24,000 nt of DNA from Paraburkholderia hayleyella (lineage in GTDB: Bacteria; Pseudomonadota; Gammaproteobacteria; Burkholderiales; Burkholderiaceae): contig NZ_QPES01000001.1 in assembly GCF_009455685.1 (NCBI RefSeq), forward strand, positions 2,454,369 through 2,478,368. The letters run 5' to 3'. Both the position numbers and the translations under genes were made by a program. Below the pieces are notes generated by a model. That model did no database searches. It was not told the DNA's origin and saw only the letters and a program-made list of their open reading frames with translations. This document shows, piece by piece, positions 1-8,002 of the stretch (its first letter is position 1; every line of letters starts with the position of its first letter).

Positions 1-1417
1 CCAGCGACGAGCGCATGATTTCCGGATCGGCGAAGCGCGCGCGCGCCTGAAAGTCGCTCTCTTCGTACAGGCGAATGCACACGCCATCCGCGACCCGGCC
101 GCAGCGGCCCGCGCGCTGGTTCGCCGCCGCCTGGGCAATCGGCTCGACCTGCAACTGTTCGACCTTGTTGCGATACGAATAGCGCTTGACGCGCGCCAGC
201 CCGGTATCCACCACATAGCGGATACCGGGCACGGTCAGCGAGGTTTCAGCCACGTTGGTGGCCAGCACGATGCGGCGAGCGTTGGAGGCACGGAACACGC
301 GCTCCTGCTCCGCCGCCGACAGACGCGCGAACAGCGGCAGGATTTCGGTATGCGGCGGATGGTGCTTGCGCAAGGCTTCGGCCGCATCGCGGATTTCGCG
401 CTCGCCGGGCAAGAACACCAGCACGTCGCCAGGCCCCACGCGGCAGAGTTCGTCGACAGCGTCGACGATCGCGTCCATCAGGTCGCGGTCCTTGCCTGAA
501 GCGGCCCGCTGTGGCCGGGCCCGCTCGCGCGCGGCCGTGGCGCTGCCTTCCGCAGCTTTCACGGCGGGACTGTCTTCGACCACCGGGCGGTAGCGGATTT
601 CCACGGGATACAGCCGTCCGCTCACCTCGATCACCGGCGCGGGCGTGCCGCCCTGGCTGAAATGGCGGGCAAAGCGCTCGGCGTCGATCGTCGCCGACGT
701 CACGATCAGCTTCAGATCAGGGCGTTTGGGCAAAATTTCGCGCAGATAGCCCAGCAGAAAATCGATGTTGAGACTGCGCTCATGAGCCTCGTCGATGATC
801 AGCGTGTCATAGGCACGCAGCAGCGGATCGGTCTGGGTTTCGGCCAGCAGGATGCCATCCGTCATCAGCTTCACCGAAGCCCCCGGCGCCAGGTTATCGG
901 TAAACCGCACCTTGTAGCCGACCACCTCGCCAAACGGCGTGCCCAGTTCTTCGGCGATACGCCGCCCGGTCGCTGACGCCGCGATCCGGCGCGGCTGGGT
1001 GTGGCCGATCAGGCCGGTGCCTCCGGCACCCAGCCCGCGTCCAAGCGCGAGGCAGATTTTCGGCAATTGCGTCGTTTTGCCTGAACCGGTTTCACCGCAC
1101 ACGATGACCACCTGATGCTGCGTGATCGCCCGGGCGATCTCATCGCGGCGGCCCGAGACGGGCAGCGCTTCAGGAAAGGTGACCGGTGGCACCGGGTTGG
1201 GCGTGACCTGACGCGCCGCCGCTCGCGCGCCGCGCGGCGCGCGGGTGTTGCTTGCGGGTGGCGTCTGGCGGGATTTGACGGGGGCCTGGGGAGAGGAAGC
1301 CGCAGAAGCGGCGACGGAAGCGGAAGGGGCAGACGCGCGGCGGACGGGCTTGCGCTGTCGGGCCTCGGACGGCAAATCAGGGCGCGCCGGAGCGGGGCTT
1401 TTGGGTACATTCGACAT
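1..1417 (-). CDS. hrpA: ATP-dependent RNA helicase HrpA, N-terminal part (gene continues beyond the left edge)
   Basis: Missing from the ORF track because it has no stop in the window. My minus-strand translation from ATG 1417..1415 gives [10 protein letters not shown]...[40 protein letters not shown] (Walker A), [10 protein letters not shown] (DEAH box), [17 protein letters not shown] and [23 protein letters not shown], and stays open to position 1. In-frame ATGs also occur further upstream (1426, 1441, 1459, 1561), so the exact start is uncertain. Confidence 0.85.
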   Translation of the reverse strand, partial: MSNVPKSPAPARPDLPSEARQRKPVRRASAPSASVAASAASSPQAPVKSRQTPPASNTRAPRGARAAARQVTPNPVPPVTFPEALPVSGRRDEIARAITQHQVVIVCGETGSGKTTQLPKICLALGRGLGAGGTGLIGHTQPRRIAASATGRRIAEELGTPFGEVVGYKVRFTDNLAPGASVKLMTDGILLAETQTDPLLRAYDTLIIDEAHERSLNIDFLLGYLREILPKRPDLKLIVTSATIDAERFARHFSQGGTPAPVIEVSGRLYPVEIRYRPVVEDSPAVKAAEGSATAARERARPQRAASGKDRDLMDAIVDAVDELCRVGPGDVLVFLPGEREIRDAAEALRKHHPPHTEILPLFARLSAAEQERVFRASNARRIVLATNVAETSLTVPGIRYVVDTGLARVKRYSYRNKVEQLQVEPIAQAAANQRAGRCGRVADGVCIRLYEESDFQARARFADPEIMRSSL

Positions 1418-1439
1418 GGGCCGCATTATAATCCGGGCC

Positions 1440-2819
1440 ATGAATTCCCCAACCGACATCCCTCCCCCCTCCGCCAGCGCGCCAGCCGCGCCTGGCGTGG
1501 CGGAAACCGGCCTGCCACACGCCCAGTTCGTTGACTGGATGCGTTCGGTTGCACCGTACATCCATGCCTTTCGCAACAAGACATTCGTCGTCGGTTTTGG
1601 CGGCGAAGTCGTGCATCAGGGCCTGCTCAACGCGCTCGTGTCCGACATCGCGCTATTGCAGGCCATGGGCATCCAGATCGTGCTGGTTCACGGCTCGCGG
1701 CCCCAGGTCGAAGAACAGATGAGCCTGCATGGCGTCGAATCCGAGTTTTCTCATGGCATGCGCATCACGGATGCCCGCGCGCTCGAATCCGCCAAGGAGG
1801 CCGCAGGCGAAGTCCGTCTCGACATCGAAGCCGCCATCAGCCAGGGCTTGCCCAATACGCCGATGGCGCATGCGCACATCAGCGTGGTGTCGGGCAACTT
1901 CGTCACGGCGCGGCCGGTCGGCATTCTGGATGGCGTCGACTTCGCCCATACGGGCCTTGTCCGCAAGATCGATGCGGATTCGATCCGTCATTCGCTAGCC
2001 AGCCGCAAGCTGGTGCTGCTTTCGCCCCTCGGCTTCTCGCCCACCGGCGAAGCCTTCAACCTGGCCATGGAAGACGTCGCCTCGGCCGCCGCCATCGCGC
2101 TGCGCGCCGACAAGATCGTGTTTCTGACCGAAACCCCCGGGCTCATGGACGAAGCGGGTGAGCTCGTCCGCGAACTCTCGCTCGACGACGCCTACCGGCT
2201 GCACGAAAGCGGCGAGGTGCAAGGCGATGCAGGCTTTTATCTGAAGCATTCGATTCGTGCCTGCCGCGGCGGCGTGGCACGGGCGCATATCGTGCCTTAC
2301 GCGCTGGATGGCAGCCTGTTGCTCGAGCTGTTTTTGCACGACGGCGTGGGCACGATGATTTCCTATGAAAACCTCGAAAGCCTGCGCGAAGCCACGCCTG
2401 ACGACGTCGGCGGCATCCTGACACTGATCGAGCCGCTCGAAACCGATGGCACGCTGGTACGGCGCGGGCGTCACCAGATCGAGCGCGACATCGATCATTT
2501 CTCGGTCATCGAGCACGATGGCGTGCTGTTCGGCTGCGCGGCGCTCTATCCCTATCCGCAAGAGCGCATCGGCGAAATGGCATGCCTCACGGTCGCCCCC
2601 GAAGCCCAGGGCTCCGGCGATGGCGAGCGGCTGCTCAAGCGCATCGAACAGCGTGCCCGCGCTCGTGGCCTGACACGCATTTTCGTGCTGACCACACGCA
2701 CCGAGCACTGGTTTTTGAAGCGCGGCTTCGTCAAGGTGACGGTCGACGACCTTCCTGAAGACCGGCGCCGGCTCTATAACTGGCAACGCAAATCGCTGGT
2801 TCTGATGAAGCATCTCTGA
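1440..2819 (+). CDS. argA: Amino-acid N-acetyltransferase (N-acetylglutamate synthase) ArgA
   Basis: This is the 3' part of track ORF 1245..2819. I chose ATG 1440 ([10 protein letters not shown]...) because the 65 upstream codons are Arg/Gly-rich antisense of hrpA. It has an amino-acid-kinase-like N-domain ([39 protein letters not shown]) and a C-terminal GNAT region ([36 protein letters not shown]), giving 459 aa. Confidence 0.9.
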   Translation: MNSPTDIPPPSASAPAAPGVAETGLPHAQFVDWMRSVAPYIHAFRNKTFVVGFGGEVVHQGLLNALVSDIALLQAMGIQIVLVHGSRPQVEEQMSLHGVESEFSHGMRITDARALESAKEAAGEVRLDIEAAISQGLPNTPMAHAHISVVSGNFVTARPVGILDGVDFAHTGLVRKIDADSIRHSLASRKLVLLSPLGFSPTGEAFNLAMEDVASAAAIALRADKIVFLTETPGLMDEAGELVRELSLDDAYRLHESGEVQGDAGFYLKHSIRACRGGVARAHIVPYALDGSLLLELFLHDGVGTMISYENLESLREATPDDVGGILTLIEPLETDGTLVRRGRHQIERDIDHFSVIEHDGVLFGCAALYPYPQERIGEMACLTVAPEAQGSGDGERLLKRIEQRARARGLTRIFVLTTRTEHWFLKRGFVKVTVDDLPEDRRRLYNWQRKSLVLMKHL

Positions 2820-2896
2820 AGCGCATTTTTCAAGGTTGCGCCGGATTTCAAAGCGCCAGCCCCCACACTGATCACAAGAAACAGGAGAAGCACAAC

Positions 2897-3169
2897 ATGG
2901 CTCGTATGGTTCAATGCGCGAAACTTGGCAAGGAAGCGGAAGGCCTTGATTTCCCACCGCTGCCGGGCGAACTCGGTAAGCGCATTTACGAAAGCGTCTC
3001 GAAAGAAGCGTGGCAGGCGTGGCTGAAACAGCAAACGATGCTCATCAACGAAAACCGGCTCAATATGGCCGACGCCCGGGCACGCCAGTATCTGCTCAAG
3101 CAAACCGAAAAATTCTTCTTCGGTGAAGGCGCGGATCAGGCCACAGGCTTTGTGCCGCCACCGGGCTAA
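2897..3169 (+). CDS. yggX: Fe(2+)-trafficking / oxidative-damage protection protein YggX
   Basis: 90-aa [59 protein letters not shown]..., matching the YggX family pattern and size. A CAGGAGAAG RBS lies upstream. Confidence 0.9.
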   Translation: MARMVQCAKLGKEAEGLDFPPLPGELGKRIYESVSKEAWQAWLKQQTMLINENRLNMADARARQYLLKQTEKFFFGEGADQATGFVPPPG

Positions 3170-3200
3170 ATGACGTACACCCAACTCGTCCCCCGCCAAT

Positions 3201-3227
3201 CCGCGCCGCGTGCGCGGATTTTTTATG
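3201..3227 (+). terminator. Rho-independent terminator after yggX
   Basis: Stem CCGCGC (3201-3206) pairs with GCGCGG (3212-3217) around loop CGCGT, followed by ATTTTTTAT. Confidence 0.6.
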
Positions 3228-3392
3228 GTCTGGCCAGCCGGATGACGGACGCTTTTTTTGAAGCGTGAGCGGCGTTGCATTTCCTGAGCCAGGCAGCTTA
3301 TCCGGTCATCATCAATTTTTGACAATTGCGCGTAAAGGCCTGTGGCAAAAGCATTTGCGCCCCGCTGGCTGGCGCGTTGGCGGGTTTTGGGT

Positions 3393-3422
3393 TTGCATAA
3401 TCCTCTGTCATCGTGCTATCAT
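3393..3422 (+). promoter_or_regulatory. Sigma70-like promoter with extended -10, upstream of the proP-like gene
   Basis: TTGCAT (3393-3398), an 18-nt spacer, then TGcTATCAT (TG 3414-3415, -10 at 3417-3422). The predicted TSS is near 3429, about 395 nt upstream of ATG 3824. Confidence 0.4.
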
Positions 3423-3823
3423 GTTCGCTCTTCTAACAGTAACCCACTTCATTTTCAATTTTGAAACCCTAAAACGGGTATGTCCACCTCGCATCGGACA
3501 CACGTTTTTCAGTTTCAATCTTTCGCGGCACACGGCCCGTCAAACTGATTTTTCAGTGACGCTTCCAGCCGCACCCGCCCGGCTCTTTGCCCCCGTGTCC
3601 CGGCCAGGTAAAGACGCCTCCCGGCAACCCTACCCTTCAAGTGCAGTTTCACGGCCAACTGGTACGCAACCGGCGCCGCATGGGACCTGCTTTTCCTCAT
3701 GCTTGTGGGCCAGTGGCCGCGGCCCCCCCCCGGCGGCACCCCCTTTCCGCTCCCGGAAAACTGCACTTGCCCAGCAACTGCGTGCAATGCCTGACGCATT
3801 GTGTCGCCGTCATTGGAGTTTTC

Positions 3824-5296
3824 ATGACCGCTTTCGGCAACGGCTTGTGGCGCCAGCACAAGCAAGACAACAACCTTTCTTCCAGCGACATCACCGTCGT
3901 CGATCACAGCCTGCTCAAACGCTCGGTGAGCGCGATGGCGCTGGGCAATGCGATGGAATGGTTCGATTTCGGCGTGTATAGCTACATTGCGGTGACGCTC
4001 GGCAAAGTGTTCTTTCCCGCCAGCAGCCCCTCGGCTCAACTGCTAGCCACCTTCGGCACCTTTGCTGCGGCGTTTGTCGTGCGTCCCATCGGCGGCATGG
4101 TTTTTGGCCCGCTGGGCGACCGGATCGGCCGCCAGCGCGTGCTCGCCATGACCATGATCATGATGGCACTGGGCACGTTCGCCATTGGCCTGATCCCGAG
4201 CTACACCTCGATCGGCATTCTCGCGCCGGTTTTGCTGCTCGTGGCGCGGCTCGTGCAAGGCTTTTCGACCGGTGGCGAATATGGCGGCGCGGCCACCTTC
4301 ATCGCTGAATTCTCGACCGACCGGCGGCGGGGTTTCATGGGCAGCTTTCTTGAGTTCGGCACGCTGATTGGCTATGTGCTGGGCGCAGGCACCGTCACCC
4401 TGCTCACTGCGCTGCTCTCGCAGGAAGCCCTGCTGTCATGGGGCTGGCGTATACCGTTCCTGATCGCGGGCCCGCTAGGGCTGGTCGGGCTATATATCCG
4501 CATGAAGCTCGAAGAAACGCCCGCCTTCAAAAAACAGGCTGAGGCGCGCGAAGCCGAAGACAAGGCCCGGCCCCAGCCCTCGTTTATCCAGTTGCTCGTC
4601 CAGCAATGGAAACCGCTTCTCATCTGCATCGGCCTCGTGCTGATTTTCAATGTGACTGATTACATGGCGCTGTCGTATCTGCCCAGCTATCTGTCGGCCA
4701 CGCTGCATTTCAACGAAACCCACGGCCTCTTTCTGGTGTTGCTGGTCATGCTGCTCATGATGCCCATGACCCTGCTGGCAGGACGGCTCTCGGATACGGT
4801 TGGACGCAAGCCCGTCATGCTCGTGGGCTGCATCGGTCTTTTTATCCTGTCGATCCCCGCACTCCTGCTGATCCGCACAGGCACGATGCTTCCGGTGTTC
4901 TGCGGCTTGCTGATCATCGGCGTGCTGCTCTCGTGCTTTACCGGTGTGATGCCTTCCGCGCTGCCCGCCCTGTTCCCGACGCGCATCCGTTACGGTGCGC
5001 TGGCGATTGGCTTCAATATTTCGGTATCGCTGTTCGGCGGCACGACCCCTCTCATCACGGCGTGGCTCGTGGATTTCAGCGGCAACCTGATGATGCCCGC
5101 GTATTACCTGATGGGCGCTTCGCTGATCGGGGCCGTGGCGGTGCTGGCCTTGACCGAAACCGCTCGCCAGCCCTTGCTGGGCTCGGCCCCCTCGGTCGCC
5201 ACGCAGGCTGAAGCGCATGCCATTTTGCGCGAGGACGCGGCAAACCTCGAGGCCGATGAGGTGTGTTATGCCCCGGAGGCCGTGGCGCGGGCTTAA
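3824..5296 (+). CDS. proP: MFS (MHS family) osmolyte/proton symporter, ProP-like
   Basis: This is the 3' part of track ORF 3587..5296. ATG 3824 is preceded by GGAG (3815-3818). Strings recalled from E. coli ProP are present: LGNAMEWFDFGVY..LGKVFFP, GDRIGRQ, GEYGGAATFIAEFS.DRRRGFMGS, WGWRIPF, FPTRIRYGALAIGFNISV, LMMPAYYLM. The C-terminus is short, with no long coiled-coil tail. Confidence 0.85.
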   Translation: MTAFGNGLWRQHKQDNNLSSSDITVVDHSLLKRSVSAMALGNAMEWFDFGVYSYIAVTLGKVFFPASSPSAQLLATFGTFAAAFVVRPIGGMVFGPLGDRIGRQRVLAMTMIMMALGTFAIGLIPSYTSIGILAPVLLLVARLVQGFSTGGEYGGAATFIAEFSTDRRRGFMGSFLEFGTLIGYVLGAGTVTLLTALLSQEALLSWGWRIPFLIAGPLGLVGLYIRMKLEETPAFKKQAEAREAEDKARPQPSFIQLLVQQWKPLLICIGLVLIFNVTDYMALSYLPSYLSATLHFNETHGLFLVLLVMLLMMPMTLLAGRLSDTVGRKPVMLVGCIGLFILSIPALLLIRTGTMLPVFCGLLIIGVLLSCFTGVMPSALPALFPTRIRYGALAIGFNISVSLFGGTTPLITAWLVDFSGNLMMPAYYLMGASLIGAVAVLALTETARQPLLGSAPSVATQAEAHAILREDAANLEADEVCYAPEAVARA

Positions 5297-5404
5297 CGCC
5301 CCATCAACCCCATCAACCCCATCAGCCATCAATCCAGCGCAGCGTCATGGCGCGCTGGGCCATGCGCCTGGGCCCACGCGCGATTAGCCTTCATCATTCA
5401 TGAA

Positions 5405-5986
5405 TCATGATTCAGCGCTCAGCACGCGCTCAATCCTCCGGTCCGGTATGAGCCACATCGCCGCGGTCAGCGTATAGAGCAGTGCCGAAACCCATGGCGC
5501 GACAAACGCCAGCGCAACGCCCGCGAGATAGAGACCGACCGACATCTTGCCTTTCACGTCCCGCCCCATGGCCCGGGCAAGGGTTGAGTCAGCGCCGTGA
5601 TGGCGCATCAGGACGTGCGTCAGAATGAAATAGGCTATGGCAGCCATAAAAAGCACCATGCCATACATCGCACCAGGCCATGCCGACAAGGGGCTTTCCC
5701 CAATCCAGTGCGTCACCGCGGGCAACAGCGAGAGCCAGAAAAGCAAATGCAGGTTGGCCCATAAAATGGCGCCATTCACCTTCTGCACGGCATGGAACAT
5801 AGGGTGATGGTTGCTCCAGTAAATGCCGACGTAGATGAAACTCAGCACATATGCGCAAAAAACCGGCAAAAGCGGGCGCAAGGCGGCCAGACTCGCGCCT
5901 TCCGGGACTCGCAACTCAAGCACCATGATCGTGATGATGATGGCGATTACGCCATCGCTAAACGCTTCGATACGTCCTTTGCCCAT
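5405..5986 (-). CDS. TMEM175 / DUF1211 family potassium-channel homologue
   Basis: 193-aa ORF starting MGKGRIEAFSDGVIAIIITIMVLEL, which carries the RxxxFSDGVxAIxxT signature of helix 1. About six hydrophobic helices are apparent. Confidence 0.8.
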   Translation of the reverse strand: MGKGRIEAFSDGVIAIIITIMVLELRVPEGASLAALRPLLPVFCAYVLSFIYVGIYWSNHHPMFHAVQKVNGAILWANLHLLFWLSLLPAVTHWIGESPLSAWPGAMYGMVLFMAAIAYFILTHVLMRHHGADSTLARAMGRDVKGKMSVGLYLAGVALAFVAPWVSALLYTLTAAMWLIPDRRIERVLSAES

Positions 5987-6161
5987 CGCTTAATCCCCTT
6001 CCCGCCATTTATGAGATAAGGCATATGGCAACGGATTATGGCGATCTGCACAAAACTTGTCGATTTAATGAGCCGTATTGCACATGGCACAGGCATTTCG
6101 GAAAGATGCGAAAAGGGTCTCGCGGGTCTGGTGAACCGCATTAGCGCAAACCCCAAGGGGC

Positions 6162-6542
6162 TCACGGCAGCGGTGGTGTGGGCATAGGCTGCGGATGAGG
6201 ACGGGGTGGATGAGGCGGATGAGGTGGATAGGGTACGGGGCGGCCAACCGGGTACTCGATATAAGGCGCCACGATGAGCGGTGGAGTATTCGATGGTGCC
6301 AGTTCAGCCGGGGCCGCCATCGGTTGCGGCGCAACGATCGGGGCTCGCAATAAGGGCGCTGTTTGCAGCATCAACCCATTTTCCCCATCCTGGATGCCTT
6401 GCTGCGAGTCCAGCACCTTGGGCGGCCGCGCGCCGCCCTGCCCTGTCCCCGCCGCAGTGGCACTCGCAGTCACCCATGCCAAAAGCAACATAACGGGAAG
6501 CCGGGTTCGTATCGAACGAAGTATTCGCATAGCAGGCAACAT
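6162..6542 (-). CDS. Hypothetical secreted proline-rich protein
   Basis: It has a signal-peptide-like N-terminus (MRILRSIRTRLPVMLLLAWVTASATA/AG) and a C-terminal PYPPHPPHPPRPHPQPMPTPPLP tract encoded by an imperfect 9-bp periodic repeat. I recognise no family and see no clear RBS. The start could be 6542 or 6530. Confidence 0.5.
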   Translation of the reverse strand: MLPAMRILRSIRTRLPVMLLLAWVTASATAAGTGQGGARPPKVLDSQQGIQDGENGLMLQTAPLLRAPIVAPQPMAAPAELAPSNTPPLIVAPYIEYPVGRPVPYPPHPPHPPRPHPQPMPTPPLP

Positions 6543-6696
6543 AGGGAATCCGGTGACAAATCAGGCCAATGAATCCAATGAAACGAACGGCCTAAGAGCG
6601 CTTAAGCGCTTTACCTTAACGGTGTAAAAAAATTCAGGCTAGCGTGAAGCGCGCTCGATACAGGCAAAAAATCATAAAGCGTCGTTCAGATACGGC

Positions 6697-6719
6697 AAAG
6701 CCCCGATGTACGGGGCTTT
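6697..6719. terminator. Hairpin, probable (bidirectional) terminator downstream of the DUF3563 gene
   Basis: AAAGCCCCG (6697-6705) pairs with CGGGGCTTT (6711-6719) around loop ATGTA, forming a 9-bp GC-rich stem with A/T flanks. It lies about 60 nt past the stop at 6781. The T-runs are short. Confidence 0.45.
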
Positions 6720-6780
6720 GGATCCAGAGCTGCGGCTCAGGTGCTGCTCAGATGCCGCTCACACAGGCGAAAACGAATGC

Positions 6781-6927
6781 TTACAGCGAGTAGCCGTTCG
6801 TTTCGAGAGAGCGGATACGCTGTTCAAGCTGAACGATATCCGTTGATGACGCCAGATAGGCTTCGCGGCGGTTGCGCTCAGCACGTTCAAACCAGTTACT
6901 CAAGTTTTCAAGAAAATAAGCAAACAT
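6781..6927 (-). CDS. DUF3563-family small protein (48 aa)
   Basis: Below the ORF-track size cutoff. Minus-strand translation gives MFAYFLENLSNWFERAERNRREAYLASSTDIVQLEQRIRSLETNGYSL*, with a GGAGA RBS 6 nt upstream of ATG 6927..6925. The pattern R-x-AYLA-x-S-x-D-x(3)-LE-x-R resembles small Burkholderia DUF3563 proteins as I recall them. Confidence 0.7.
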   Translation of the reverse strand: MFAYFLENLSNWFERAERNRREAYLASSTDIVQLEQRIRSLETNGYSL

Positions 6928-7197
6928 AATGTTCTCCAAGGATTCGACCTATCCCCGGCGGCTGAAAAATCAGGGATTACCCTAAAACGGGTTAACCCGG
7001 ATTATAGACATCTAACGGAGTTTGGCTAGGGGGCATGCACTGTCAACAGGCATCAAGCCCCCTCCACGAGCATCAAAATGCAAATTCAACCCTTTGATTT
7101 TATTGATTATTAGTAAGATTCAAAAATATCCGGATATTTTTTGCACCCTGCTGGTGCACGCTTGTGGGCAAATCCCAACAATCGTCTGCGGCTCCGT

Positions 7198-7632
7198 TTA
7201 TTCGCTGGACCGGGCGCCATGATGGGCGCCGCCTGGCAACCCGGCCCGATCCGCCAGGCCATCGATGATCGAACACTCCGCCCCCTCATCGCCATGACAC
7301 TGTCGCGCCAGTTGCACCAGGTTATCGCGCATCACCGTCAGCTCGGCAATGCGCAGATCGAGGTCGGCAATTTGTTCAAGCGCGATCCGCTTGACCTCCG
7401 CACTGGACCTCGAACCATCCCGCCAAAGCATCAGCAACTGGCGAATATCGTCGACCAGAAACCCAAGCCGCCTCGCGCGCCGGATAAAACACAAGGCCTC
7501 CACTTCCGCTTTGCCATAAATCCGGTACCCCGACGACGTCCGTGCCTTTGCGGCAAGCAGGCCAACGCTTTCGTAATAGCGAATCATCTTCGCCGTGACG
7601 CCCGACAGGCGCGCCGCTTCTCCGATATTCAT
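7198..7632 (-). CDS. cueR: Cu(I)-responsive MerR-family regulator CueR
   Basis: MNIGEAARLSGVTAKMIRYYESVGLL is a MerR HTH. The C-terminal loop QCHGDEGAEC has the C-x7-C spacing seen in CueR C112/C120. The gene is divergent from copZ. The track ORF starts two codons earlier, at 7638. Confidence 0.85.
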   Translation of the reverse strand: MNIGEAARLSGVTAKMIRYYESVGLLAAKARTSSGYRIYGKAEVEALCFIRRARRLGFLVDDIRQLLMLWRDGSRSSAEVKRIALEQIADLDLRIAELTVMRDNLVQLARQCHGDEGAECSIIDGLADRAGLPGGAHHGARSSE

Positions 7633-7789
7633 CAGCACTTTCTCCTATCAATCACCTTTTTTATTGATTTCCCTTTCCGCACGGTGCGCACGGTGCGCAC
7701 GGCGCCTACGCCCTCGCCTATCCTGCTGCTCAGGTGCATGCAGGAAGGCATAATTCAACTCCCCCTCTTGATCTTTAACAGGAAAACAC

Positions 7790-8002
7790 ATGAACCTCGC
7801 ATTCAAAGTGGAAGGCATGAGCTGCCAGCATTGCGTTGCGGCCGTCACGCGTGCCGTGCAGGCCCTGGACGCCACGGCACGCGTCGAGATCGATCTGGCT
7901 GCCGGACGGGTCGCCATCGAATCAGCCCAACCCGCTGCAACACTTCAGCACGCCATCGAGGAAGCCGGTTATACCGTCACGGCCGCACCGCGCAATCCAT
8001 GA
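7790..8002 (+). CDS. copZ: Heavy-metal-associated (HMA) copper chaperone CopZ
   Basis: 70-aa ORF with the GMSCQHC (MxCxxC) motif and a size consistent with a ferredoxin-like fold. An AGGAAAA RBS lies upstream. Confidence 0.85.
   Translation: MNLAFKVEGMSCQHCVAAVTRAVQALDATARVEIDLAAGRVAIESAQPAATLQHAIEEAGYTVTAAPRNP

Noticed and set aside
1245-1439. Upstream extension of argA to the first in-frame start at 1245
   Set aside because: The extra 65 residues are Arg/Gly/Ala-rich and overlap the hrpA N-terminus antisense. The ArgA-like sequence begins after ATG 1440.
1995-2957. 320-aa minus-strand ORF, plus similar long antisense ORFs at 4490..5332, 7969..8712, 20980..21687 and 22573..22968
   Set aside because: These lie fully antisense to well-supported genes (argA, proP, the MAT2B-like gene and vgrG). 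Their Arg/Ala/Gly-rich composition is typical of stop-poor antisense frames in high-GC DNA.
3466-3479. 14-mer ACCCTAAAACGGGT shared between the proP leader (3466-3479) and the DUF3563 upstream region (6979-6992), plus a shared CTGATTTTTCAG hairpin motif
   Set aside because: There is no similarity beyond the 14-mer. The two motifs occur in different order, spacing and orientation at the two sites. A 14-mer match is roughly expected once by chance in a window this size when both strands are counted. I noted it but do not treat it as a shared element.
5401-5414. Perfect 14-bp palindrome TGAATCATGATTCA
   Set aside because: It overlaps the stop codon of the TMEM175-family gene in an AT-rich tail and has no supporting context. 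It is probably incidental.
7717-7754. Possible CueR operator: CCTATCC ... GGAAGG followed by CATAAT
   Set aside because: Only the right half-site resembles the CueR box. The putative left half lies 19 nt away rather than 7, and there is no TTGAC-like -35 at 19-20 bp from the -10. This is too weak to call.
7141-7998. N-terminal 286 codons of the 610-aa track ORF 7141..8973
   Set aside because: This part is antisense to cueR and crosses the cueR-copZ control region and copZ in another frame. It is Arg/Pro-rich and low in complexity. Only 7999..8973 has a recognisable fold and a coupled start.
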